DNA of 64,000 nt. Source: Sphaerodactylus townsendi (taxonomy: Eukaryota). The notes under the pieces were generated by a model. It was not told where the DNA came from, ran no database searches, and worked only from the letters and a program-made list of their open reading frames with translations. The position numbers and the translations under genes are program-made. Positions 36,801 to 46,400 of this stretch are shown in pieces. Numbering within the stretch: position 1 is the first letter of the stretch; the number at the start of each line of letters is the position of its first letter. The DNA lies in assembly GCF_021028975.2 (NCBI RefSeq), contig NC_059431.1, positions 94,612,001 through 94,676,000 on the forward strand, in the 5' to 3' direction.

Positions 36801-38453
36801 GGTGGCATGCAAGGGAAGGGAGGGAGGGGTGGCATGCAAGAGGGAGGGAAGGGGAGACGGCCCAGCATCTGGACCTGCCCCATCCACCCTTGCGGACGGA
36901 CGGGGAGGGGTGGCATGCAAAGAAAGGAGTGGGGGAGGGGAGTGAGTGAGTGAGGGGTAGCATGCAAGGGTGGAGAGGGGAGTGGCCCGGCATTTGGACA
37001 TGGCCCACCCACCCCAGGAGAGAAAGGGGAGGGAGGGTGGCATGCAAGGGAAGGGAGTGGGAGAGGGAAGGGAGTGAGGGGTAACATGCAAGGGAGGGGA
37101 GGGAGGAGGTGGACCTGGGCCACCCACCCTAGTGGAGGGAGGGAGAGGGGTGGCATGCAAGGGAAAAGGAGGGAGAGAGGGGTGGCATGCAAGGGAGCAG
37201 AGGAATATACAGCAGAGGGATGTACAGCAGATGGTTCACATGATTTAATGTAATTTCATTTTAAAATTGAATCCGAATATATTTACCTTGTGCTAAGTTA
37301 TCCCTGCTGTGGTGCCTGTCAATGGGTCTTGTTGTGACCATTTGCTTATTCTCCAAAGCATCTTTTCCCAAAGAATAGAGCCAATCCTAGCTTTCTTCCA
37401 CCTCAGTGGAACAAGAGAATCCAGAAACAATTGATTTTATAGTAAGGGGATTGCTTGGCTTTCAACTTCCTCACATTCTGTGATTGGCCCTAGTACCCCA
37501 TGGCAGTGTGTTTCTAACTAGCCCCAACCCTCCATGGCAACCATTTTGTGCTGGCACCCATCCCCTGTTCTTTAAATTCTACAAGTAGCTACAGGTGCAA
37601 CCAGACTGTGCTAGGCTTTGCGTACACAGAGAAGATAATAGAGATTCAGCTGCAGGGATACAAATGCTACACGTTAGTGCAAGCAGACAGCAAGCAGTAA
37701 TTTTAAATCTTCTGTTTACACAACCACAACAACAACCTTTATTAGGCATATAAAAAAGGCTCTAGACCGTTACCAGACATGTGTGAAGTACAAAACAAGA
37801 ATACATTCAAAACACAGACAGAGAAACTTTATCTAGCATTGAATGTTACTTAGAAAGTTCTGTCACTTGTAAAAGAAATTTTGCTACTTTTTCCAAGAGC
37901 ACGACATCTGTATTGTTTAACAGGAGCTCCACAACAGAACTGTCAGAGTCTCTTTCAGATTTGTCTAGGGCCAGCCATATCTTGGACAATTGAGTATAAT
38001 GTGAGCAAGAGTCTCCACTTAGTTTTTACAGTATGGACAAACCCAATCCTGGAGAGGGATAGATAAGTAGCGACCCTTTGTAATGGCAGATGGAAAAGTA
38101 TTGCATCTGGACCTTGTAATAATCCATCTCTGTTGGGGTTCAGTTAATAGTTCAAGATATTTGGCTATGTGCCCCTGTTCTGGTACTATTCCGACAGACT
38201 TCTGTTTACACAAGGACTGCTATGCACATAGAAATCTTCTGTGGGAGCTAACCTTCTGACATGATTTGAGATGATGATCCAGATTATTCATTCATTTGTC
38301 TATTTTCAGAATCAACATTCAAAAGAGTTTCTGTATGTAAAGTTCAAGGTGTGGAGCAACTGGGGAAACTCAGAGTTCACCTGTATCTATCGACTCAGAG
38401 TACATGGGAATTTTGCCAGCCATCTGGGCCCTTTGGATGAAAGCAGTGAGTGA
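18712..38453 (+). CDS. SUN domain-containing protein, SUN3/SUN5-like (spliced gene; N-terminal exons partly unresolved)
   Basis: Phase-consistent GT-AG exons 26231-26301, 28343-28398, 29521-29561, 31367-31526, 32894-32975, 33664-33779, 34375-34542, 35871-35960 and 38310-38453 give ...KALKFFSVIVLLSCAAVYYLCLFRR (TM)...LEEQIRAIEAFKMEIDHL (coiled coil)...MADWAQKTLGATID...PPDIVLEPDVNPGNCWAFQGSEG...VEHIPKAISPSGNVSSAMKDF...QTF...SNWGNSEFTCIYRLRVHG, which are hallmark SUN motifs. The probable start exon 18712-18821 begins MSGK, like human SUN3. Orthology is uncertain. Confidence 0.9.
19320..19652 (-). mobile_element. Solo LTR in SUN-gene intron 1 (antisense)
   Basis: TG...CA termini; flanks CATTC/TATTC (5-bp TSD, one mismatch); on the minus strand a CCAAT box (about 19537), TATA-like GATATAAG (about 19520) and AATAAA (about 19427) occur in the correct order. 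Confidence 0.7.
20428..20525 (+). CDS. SUN-like gene, probable exon 2 (RFYLRSCVGSNSTSSATSFSQTSSSTEERQENS)
   Basis: Strong ttttaattttcag acceptor, Ser/Thr-rich nucleoplasmic-type sequence, G|GTAAAG donor in phase 1. Confidence 0.6.
21414..21524 (+). CDS. SUN-like gene, candidate exon 3 (GVALSPTEIKPIETFSILLSSLWFALPRDFLNLLSSS)
   Basis: tcttcccccttgacatcag acceptor in phase 1, open frame, CAG|GTAAAA donor. The phase link to downstream exons is not resolved. Confidence 0.4.
23548..23939 (+). mobile_element. Non-autonomous hAT element (CAGTGGTGGGATCC TIR), nested in a SINE remnant
   Basis: TIRs CAGTGGTGGGATCCA / TGGATCCCACTTCTG; exact TSD GATCTGAT. Confidence 0.9.
26231..26301 (+). CDS. SUN-like gene exon, first half of TM helix (DQITWENVKKALKFFSVIVLLSC)
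   Basis: Long pyrimidine tract ending ttag; G|GTGAGT donor; phase 2 to 1. Confidence 0.8.
27515..27739. mobile_element. Penelope-like element terminus as an inverted repeat, with hammerhead-ribozyme relics
   Basis: Arms 27549-27642 and 27647-27739 are inverted; CTGAAGA-stem-GGCGAAA-NN-TC occurs on both strands. Related fragments at 43864-44050 and 51537-51640. Confidence 0.75.
28343..28398 (+). CDS. SUN-like gene exon, second half of TM helix (AAVYYLCLFRRSSDVLSSP)
   Basis: ttcttctcacag acceptor, CCG|GTGAGG donor; phase 1 to 0. Confidence 0.8.
29521..29561 (+). CDS. SUN-like gene exon (ELTKQYQTHLDSMW)
   Basis: gcctctctag acceptor, TG|GTAAGA donor; phase 0 to 2, matching the next exon. Confidence 0.8.
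30166..30386. mobile_element. hAT-type MITE (same family as 762-976)
   Basis: TAGGGCTGTCAA...TGGCAACCTTA termini; TSD CAGGCTGC/CAGGTTGC. Confidence 0.75.
30619..30737. mobile_element. hAT MITE (ACTACAATTCCCA family)
   Basis: CAGGGGTCTGCAACC / GGTTGCAGAACCTG termini; TSD TTCTAGGG/TTCTAGGA. Confidence 0.85.
31367..31526 (+). CDS. SUN-like gene exon, luminal coiled coil (QSHLLLEEQIRAIEAFKMEIDHLHGQISGINKNMTHCIKQILEESEIPGENKE)
   Basis: Open frame with heptad-like pattern; phase 2 to 0; GTAGGA donor. Confidence 0.8.
32894..32975 (+). CDS. SUN-like gene exon (QVLEMIDLAIKKYEDPVQMADWAQKTLG)
   Basis: ttttccacag acceptor, G|GTAAG donor; equivalent to the SUN3 KLREDQVEMADYALKSAG segment. Confidence 0.9.
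33664..33779 (+). CDS. SUN domain exon with KASH lid (ATIDKQRTSGNYDIKNKDVCWFMPWIFCSAKPPDIVLE)
   Basis: Phase 1 to 0; contains the GAxI..TS and PPDIIL-type SUN motifs. Confidence 0.92.
33849..34060 (+). mobile_element. 5S-rRNA-derived SINE
   Basis: ATCTCGGAAGTTAAGCAGGGTTGGCTCTGGTTAGTA..GGGAGACC (5S-like) joined to a GGCAAACCACCTCTG tail. Other copies at 7244-7430, 16480-16670 (minus), 58880-59070 and 61103-61200. Confidence 0.7.
34375..34542 (+). CDS. SUN domain exon (PDVNPGNCWAFQGSEGQVVIKL...SSAMKDFVVS)
   Basis: PGNCWAF and VEHI motifs; 168 nt, phase 0. Confidence 0.95.
35871..35960 (+). CDS. SUN domain exon (GLDNETDEETLLGMFTYDIEKETIQTFHLK)
   Basis: LGxFxY and QTF motifs; 90 nt, phase 0. 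Confidence 0.95.
36783..37197 (+). repeat. G/A-rich minisatellite with a GGTGGCATGCAAGGG core in the last SUN-gene intron
   Basis: About 8 copies of (G)CATGCAA flanked by G-runs, interleaved with three TGGAC.TG..CCA.CCACCC units. Confidence 0.85.
37740..38210 (-). mobile_element. 3' fragment of a similar LINE (also 20650-21060 and 31860-32150, minus strand)
   Basis: RSRCNTFPSAITKGRY...CPYC...ETLAHIILNCP; minus-strand AATAAA with a simple-repeat tail. Confidence 0.65.
38310..38453 (+). CDS. SUN domain terminal exon (NQHSKEFLYVKFKVWSNWGNSEFTCIYRLRVHGNFASHLGPLDESSE*)
   Basis: SNWG..TCIYRxRVHG signature, TGA stop; AATAAA at 38469 and 38757. Confidence 0.95.
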   Translation, partial: NQHSKEFLYVKFKVWSNWGNSEFTCIYRLRVHGNFASHLGPLDESSE

Positions 38454-40183
38454 AAGTCTTTCCAGATGAATAAAGGAAGCCGCAACTTGGAAGAGTCTCC
38501 AAAGCTTGTTCTGATTTTCCTAGCGGAGGGACACATATAGAACAGAGAGTAGTCATCATTGTTCCAAGACTTTTCAGGCTGGACGGATTTTGATGCTGTC
38601 ACATGTGTCTGTCAGACATGGAGAACAACCGGTGAAATTTCCATTTGATCAATGCCAGGTTAGGAGAGAGACCCAGTGATCTTAGTCTTAGGGATGTTTT
38701 TAGCAATGTCCAATCCTCTGTGTGTATATGTGTATGGGGGTAGTAGTTAATTGTCCAATAAAGGTGTCTGTTTGGAAGCAAGTGTCCTCTTTGCAGGAAA
38801 GATGCCTCTATCTTATGAAATTAAAACTTGAACAGAACCACAGTTTAAATGCCTTCCTGGCCCAGCAATGAGCGCATATTGCATTTCACCAGTGTCGTAT
38901 AGTGGTTAAGAATGGGACTTGAATCTGGAGAACCAGGTTTGATTCCCCGCTCCTCCACATGTGCTGTGGACTTTAATCTGTTGAGCAGGATTTGTTTCTT
39001 CAGTCTTACAGATGAAGCCTGCTGGGTGATCTTGGGCTCAAAAACACAAGTGATATCAAAGACAGACGGGCTTGGGGCAACTTGAAATTTTGCTGCCCTG
39101 CATTGCCTGATTGGATATACTCAAGATGCACTACACTGCCCCAAAGGAACACTGAGGACAACTCTCAATCATGCATGTTTACGCACAACCCAAATGCAGT
39201 GTCCACCTCTGTACCAGTAGCTTTAGTAAAGCTGCAAAATAGACTGGCATACACCTCACAGATAGTATAGTGCTTCAGTTACAGCCCTAATTAGTTCCCT
39301 CAACAAATCCTTAGCTTGCATGTACAATAGATGGAGTACTCCTGGGTTGACATACTGTCAGTATAATAGCTGGTAACAGACATCCCCTCCTCTCATGATC
39401 TCTTAGGGCTGCCAGCCCCAGGTTGGGAAATTCCTGGAAATGTCAGGTGGAGTCAGCAGAAGGTGGAGTCTGTGGAGGGGAGGGACCACATCACGCTATA
39501 ACACCATGGGGTCCACCATCCAAAGCAGCTGTTTTCTCCAGGGGAACTGATCCATGTCATCTGAAGATCAGCTGAAATTCTGGAAGATCTGCAGATCCCA
39601 CCTGGAGATTCGATATACGAACAAAAAAAAAAGGGGGGGGGGTTAACAAGAGACCAGGAAACCAGCCACTTTGCACCCAGTGACAAGGAATACAAAGGTT
39701 CTGAATAATTTCTAAAATAAACAAAATTTATTCTTGACACAGACCATGCCATGCAATCCCAATTTTAATTTTAATCTCAACCAAAGTGCAAGCTATTGTT
39801 CTAAATGATTCAATCTAGTCCTTGATGCAAACCGCATTTTAAAATCTCAATTAAGTCTAAATCTGTGCTCTGATTGCGTCCATGTTTAAATACATGTTTT
39901 TCCCCCCAATGTTGTTTCAGGCTAATCAGTCACTGGTTTAAGACCTGATTGTGGTGCCTTCTTGGCTCGAAGACATTTTACAATAAATACATGAATAATG
40001 AGAAACTTAGAATTATATCCCACTTACAAAACTGAGATTGTAAAGCATGATTGGTGTCAAGAATAAGTTGGTTGAAACTACTTTGTACTTCCAGCCATTA
40101 GGTGCAAAGTGGTTGGTTACCACCTGGAGATTGGCAACCCTATGACCTCTTCAAATTGAAAGTTACCGGAAATAGTTCTAGGA

Positions 40184-40646
40184 CAGTGATGGCGAACCTA
40201 TGGCACGGGTGCCAGAGGTGGCACTTGGACCCCTCTCTGTGGGCACGCGGACACAGAGTTCATCATGTGGGGTGCGGAAAATCACCACCACCACCCACAC
40301 ACACATCTAGGCTGGCCTGGGCCACTGAGCACGACGTGCACGCACCGCGGTGAGCAGGGAGGACTCAGCTGGAGGACCTGGTGCCTGTGTTCCTGCCCAA
40401 GGTGGGGGTGCAGAGGAGGCAGAGATGCTAGAGAGGCACAGAGCGGTGTGCACGGGACTTGCTGAAGGCTTGAGCAGGCTGGCCCCTTCTCGAGCAGGTG
40501 GGGCGGAGGAAGAGGGAGCGAACCGGTTTGTTCTAAACTAAAACCTCAGCATTCAGGTTAAATTGCCGGGTTGGCACTTCGCGATAAACAAGTGCGGTTT
40601 GGGTTGCAATTTGGGCTCTCGGTCTCAAAAAGGTTTGCCATCACTG
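40184..40646 (+). mobile_element. Non-autonomous hAT element, second copy
   Basis: Same TIRs; exact TSD TTCTAGGA. Confidence 0.92.
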
Positions 40647-42848
40647 TTCTAGGATCTAAGAAACTCAGTCACACAATGTCAAGCATCCTTGCAAAACTAC
40701 AATCCCCAGGATTCTTTGGGGGAAGCCTTTTTATTTATCTATAGGCCTTCTCTGTATGCACAACTTACTACAGATTTTCCCAGTGTTCAGACTTTGCATC
40801 TTGGAAACATTTTCTGTAAAATCATTCTGCACACCTCCATTCTCGCTATTGTTTTCCCCCTTGTCTCTTCAGTTGCATTTATTCTACTTGCTACTGCTAG
40901 AAACATAGTATTCCAAATGGTGGCAAGATGCCATCCATGACGCAGAAAAACAGCCCTTTCCCTTGTTTTTCCTTTGTTCAGGCCCTATAGCATTACTGCA
41001 CAGTTACATTGAAGTAGCAATTCAAAAATATCTCAGCCTTCATTTCTACTGTTGAGAACTATGCACAAAAAATGGAAGCCAATAAACGTACTGGAGCAGG
41101 TATCACAACCTGAAGGAACAGAAACATGTCGTCCCTCCCTGAAAATATATTTTTTCAGCCAAATTAGAGCTGCAGTAATTCAGCATCATTACTGTGGAAA
41201 TTGTTTGTCAATTTCACTCACTCTTAACTGTGGACAATATTTTTACCTTAAGGTTACATTACTAGTTCGATATGAAATTGACAAAGCTGATCCAATTGCC
41301 CCTGCTTCATTCTATCTGTGCCTGAACCTTAATATGGCAAGAACTATGTAAAGCTGACAAAGCTGATCTAATCACCCTGCTTCTTATCTTTGACTCAACA
41401 TTACATCATTAATTCACAGACTTTGTAATGACAGAGACTTTTTAAAACGTTCCTTTCAAAAATGGGAGAAAATGGCAGAAGGGGAGGTTGGTTGACTGTA
41501 TAAGGTTAAGGTCAGGTGTCTGATGGGACAGGGAAATAAAGACAATTTCAACATGATTGCAAGCTTAAGGGAAGCTGGCTTGGAAATAGATTTTGCAATA
41601 CGTTAAAGTGCAAACTGCAAAATGTTACAGTGTTCAGGAAAACAGAGGAAAAATGAAAGAAAAGCATTTCCCAAACCAAACAGGAAAAAAAAAGTGTGGA
41701 ATTCAAAGAGAAAAATGTAGCATTTGGCAGCAAGATTCATTATAAACAACTTGTGTGGAAAAGGCCTTTCTCACAGAGATTCAACAATTTGTCATGATAA
41801 AATGTATTATAATGCTATAAAATTATACAAGAAAGTTATTATCAAACTGTGTTTGAGTGCTTTAAGAATAAACAACTGGAACATAATAAGAAATCCTAAA
41901 CAGAGGGACAGAAGTAAGTCCCATTTTATTCAATGGCTTTTACGCCCAGGTTTAGACTTGGATGTAACCTATTGTTGAGTTTGCTTAAGATTACTATTTA
42001 ACAGTGCAATTGTGTATAAAGTCACAGCTATCTAAACCAATTGATTTCGATAAGCTTACAGTGGAAGAGATATTCTATATACCCTTCTAAGTCTACTGAA
42101 ATCAATGGAATTTCCTTCAGTGTACTGCATCACTGCAATCCTAAATACACCGACACCCCTCTAAGTCCATTGAAGCAATCTTTGCATAAGATTGTATTGC
42201 AGTACGGGCAAATCTAGCCAGCTGAAGTTTCAAATCTTTTCACATTTGTCTTCTGCCCTTCCTCTAAAAAGCACAAGACGGCACCCATGGGTTTCTCCCA
42301 TTTTATTATGTTGAAATCACTAGGTAGCGTATTTTATCCTGTTTTACAATATTGGCTCCACTGATTAAAAATCGCCACAAAAACATTTATTGAAAACACA
42401 ACAAACCTCTAGTTTTAAAAGCAACCGAAGAAGCAATACCAAAGGGATTAAGTACTAATTGTCTGATTCTGGATACAGTCGGAGAAAAACAAAACTAGAT
42501 TAGCAGGAGTAGGTTGTTTCCTGGTTGTTGCTTCGTACGGTCCCTTCTTTTCAAATAAATGTTTTTCCTTACAAAATTTTCGCTCATCTAGCAACACGCA
42601 TCTGGCGACTTCATGTGTTGTGCAAGATTCTTACTATTTCCTAATAGCAAATTTCATGTGCCAGTTGAAATAACTACCTTTGGTGCCGAAAGTGAGTCAA
42701 TGAACAGGTCTATGATGAAGTCAAGATAAGATAACAAAAAAAAATACGACAGCCGCAGATCAGCTCGATTCTCATGCAAGCATAGAAAAGGAACCAGATT
42801 TCCACTCGAATTTCCAATGCAAAGTACAGCGGATTTCAAGGCTTACAC

Positions 42849-42960
42849 GAACTACAATTCCCATCAACCCCTGCCAGCATGGCCAATTGGCCATGCTGGC
42901 AGGGGCTGGTGGGAATTGTAGTCCATGAACATCTGGAGTGCCATAGGTTCCCCACCACGG
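42849..42960. mobile_element. 5'-truncated hAT MITE (ACTACAATTCCCA family) abutting the NDUFB6 promoter
   Basis: Same internal palindrome as 62739-62877 (CCAGCATGGCCAATTGGCCATGCTGG core). Confidence 0.85.
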
Positions 42961-43400
42961 CCGGCTACATCATGGTCGAAGAGAAGACCAACGATTTCCG
43001 GCCACAATTTTTAGCCGGAAGTGTATGTTTCCCCCTCGTCTTTTCCCCTCTCCTCTAAGGACTTGCCTTGTGGCGTCACTTCCTGTCTACCCGGTCATGT
43101 CCTCGACCTGCACGGCTAGTGGGCGGAGCTGGGAGAGTGGAGGGCAGCCGCGATGTCGTCGGGGTCGGAGCTGGAGCGCAGGGCGCCGAAGGAGGTGTTC
43201 GGCTACACCTCGGACGAGAAGCTCCGGCAGCGGCAGCTGCGGGAGCTGCGGCGCCGCTGGCTGAAGGACCAGGAGCTGAGCCCGCGCGAACCGGTCCTGC
43301 CCCCGCGCAAGCTCGGGCTGGTGGAAGGCTTCTGGGAGCGCTTTTTGCAGCCCGGGGGGTTCTGGAGGAAGCAGGTGGGGTGGCCCCCAGTTCTCTGGGA
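42960..43400 (+). promoter_or_regulatory. NDUFB6 CpG-island promoter
   Basis: CpG-dense; ETS/GABP sites TTCCGG (42996) and CCGGAAGTG (43015-43023); overlapping CRE-half/ETS motif GCGTCACTTCCTG (43073-43085); GC box GGGCGG near 43121. Confidence 0.8.
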
Positions 43401-46400
43401 CCTTTCATGCATCTATAAATAATAATAACAACAAGAAGAAGTTCCTTGGCCTCTGGGTGAGGCTCGAATTGTAACGAAAAGCCAACAACCAGCTGTCACA
43501 TTTTCAAGGTGCAGTTATGCCATGGCACCTGACTGTTGTCAAGCCCTTCCTTAAGATGCCACAAGTTTCTTATTAACGCCTTAACAGTCTTTACAACAAC
43601 TTCGTGAGGTAGGTCAGTATTTTCCCCATTGTGCACATGGGGATATGATTCTCAAAGAGAGTGACTTTCCCAGTTCTGCCTGGTGAGTGACATTCGAACT
43701 AGCAACCTCCCCAGTCACAAGTTTGTGCTTCGATTGTGTACTCCTGCATCGCAGGGGGTTGGAGTTGATGACCCTTGTGGTCTCGTCCAACTCTATGATT
43801 CTAAGTTAGCCTCTGAGTTCCACTGTATTCAGTGCTACAGTTTCTCTAATCTTTATTCCTGAATGTATTGTCCAAGGCTTTCACGGCCGGATTCAACTGG
43901 TTCTTGTGGGTTTTCCAGGCTGTGTAGCCGTGGTCTGGTAGATCTTGTTCCTAACATTTTGCCTGCATCTGTGGCTGGCTTCTTCAGGGGTGTATCACAG
44001 AGAGAAGTCTTTTATACACTGTGTCTATAACAGTGTCTAATACACAGTGCAAAAACTCAATAAAGCGATTTTGACTAAAAAGCATTCTTCAGGTACATAT
44101 GAGAATAGAATCTGTGTTGTGTCTGTTGAAAGTTTATAAGCTAATAAGAGGAATTTATTTCTAGGTATTCAAAACGTACCGTGCTGGGTCATTCACTCTA
44201 TTTCGTCTACTTATCCCTGCTTGGATTAGCCACTACTATGTCAAATATCATCTTATGGTAAGTACATTAAGGTACCATTTCTGACAGACAGGTCTGTGGA
44301 GCCTGTGACTGCACATGCAAGCACACACATCATCTTTGGTATCTCTCTTCCCGCCCTTCAACTGCCTTTCCATTAAGGTTTGAAGATGTCCTGTTGGATG
44401 AGTCTGGCTAGTCTAGTGGCTACCTCCTTGAGGCTGAAGGGCTGGACTCTCCCTGGCCAAGCTGCATATTCCCATGATGTTGCTCCTTTCTGCCAGACTT
44501 CTGGGCAAAGAAGAAAGCCTCAGCTCTCCCAAGTTCCAAAAGCTGAACAATGTCTTTTTCTCTTGAGGAATGAGAGGTGATACCAAAGCCTTTGTGATGA
44601 AACAGACTCTGAAGTGGCCCTTATGGAACTGCAGGGCGAGGAGTTCCATGGTCATTTATGCTCACTCTGTTGGGCAGAACTGAAAGACGAGCATGTGTTC
44701 TTTTTGACCCAGAAGGCGCCCCTCTTTTCTGGAAATAAATGCTCTGGGTTTCCATTGTGAGAGAGGGGGCCTTGGCTCTCCCAATGGGTGTGGCACTTAC
44801 AAAGAAGAAGTAGAATTTAATTATGTTGAGATCTCACCGTCCTGTATTATTATGGCAAGTAATTTCTTACCTTAGGGACATCCTGGCAGAACATGGAATA
44901 GGATATCTGCAAGGTCGGAGTTAATTGTGCATCTCATGCTTCTGACCTCCCTAGCAAATTGGTTGGGAAAAAATAAGCGAGTCAGATACCAGTTGCTGTT
45001 TCTTGCTATAGAAGATCAATGTTTTTAACACTTAAATCAGTAAATGTGCAAATACCCACTGATTTAGGACAGTTCTATGCTGCCTTCCCCGAATATTGTT
45101 TGAGGCACCTTAAAAATAATACCATAGAACAATGATAGCGAACCTTTTCGAGACCGAGTGCCCGAATAGCAACCCAAAACCCACTTATTTATCGCAAAGT
45201 GCCAACACGGCAATTTAACCTGAATACGGAGGTTTTCGTTTAGAAGGTGTGCGTTACTCGGGAGTAAGCTTGGTGGTAGTTGGTGGCTTTGCTTTGAAGC
45301 AACCGTGCAACTCTTCCAATGGGTGAATCACGACCCTAGGAGGGTTTACTCAGAAGCAAGCCCCATTGCCATCAACCGAGCTTACTCCCAGGTAAAAGAT
45401 CGCGCTTTAGTTCTTTGCATGAAAATCAGTGGGGTTTAACAGCGCTTAACAGGGTTACCTACACTGCTTCACCAAAACTAGGTCTTAGGTTTAATGCTAA
45501 TAATCAAGCCCAGGCCAGCATAGATGGGGGGGGGGGGGGCGCAATTTTGTCATGCAGTGCCCACATTCTCTGAGCAACACCTCTGGCACCCGTGCCATAA
45601 GTTCGCTACTACTGCCATAGAACCATTATAGATTACCAATATGAAAACAAAAGCCATTGAAACATTGTAGAGATATTAAAGTAGCAAACCCTGTATGAAA
45701 TAATACAGCTTAAATTCACTATAAGTGGAAGCAGACCATAAAACAGCCGAAAAACACCTAAGTAACACCTGGATAAAAATAAATATTTTGGCCCGACCCG
45801 TTAAAAGGCCATGTGGGAGGCACCAGGAAAGCCACAAGGGGGTGGCGCTCCAAACAGGTGCAACCACGAGAAAGCTCTGTCTGTACTTAACATGCCTCAC
45901 TTGAGAAAATACATATTTTAGCATGAATAAAACTTTGCCACATATACATAAATGAATTCTAACCACTTTATTGAGGAGCAGCAGTGGCGTAGGAGGTTAA
46001 GAGCTCATGTATCTAATCTGGAGGAACCAGGTTTGATTCCCAGCTCTGCCGCCTGACCTGTGGAGGCTTATCTGGGGAATTCAGATTAGCCTGTGCACTC
46101 CCACACACGCCAGCTGGGTGATTTTGGGCTAGTCACAGCTTCTTGGAGCTCTCTCAGCCCCACCTACCTCACAGGGTGTTTGTTGTGAGGGGGGAAGGGC
46201 AAGGAGATTGTAAGCCTCTTTGAGTCTCCTGCAGGAGAGTAAGGGGGGATATAAATCCAAACTCCTCTTCTTCTTCTTTATTGCACCTGCCGTCCAGGCA
46301 ACACAGGGCGATGTATATAGTCAGGTTCCCTTCCATCAGCTCTGGCCTTACATCAGTCCTGTCAGTGTCTGTCCGGAAGTCATCCATTGAACTTCATAGC

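Noticed and set aside
36664-37192. Several long Pro/Leu-rich ORFs
   Set aside because: Products of the stop-poor G-rich minisatellite.
45974-46050. tRNA-like A and B boxes (also 6519, 38890 and 60815)
   Set aside because: SINE heads without a complete cloverleaf.
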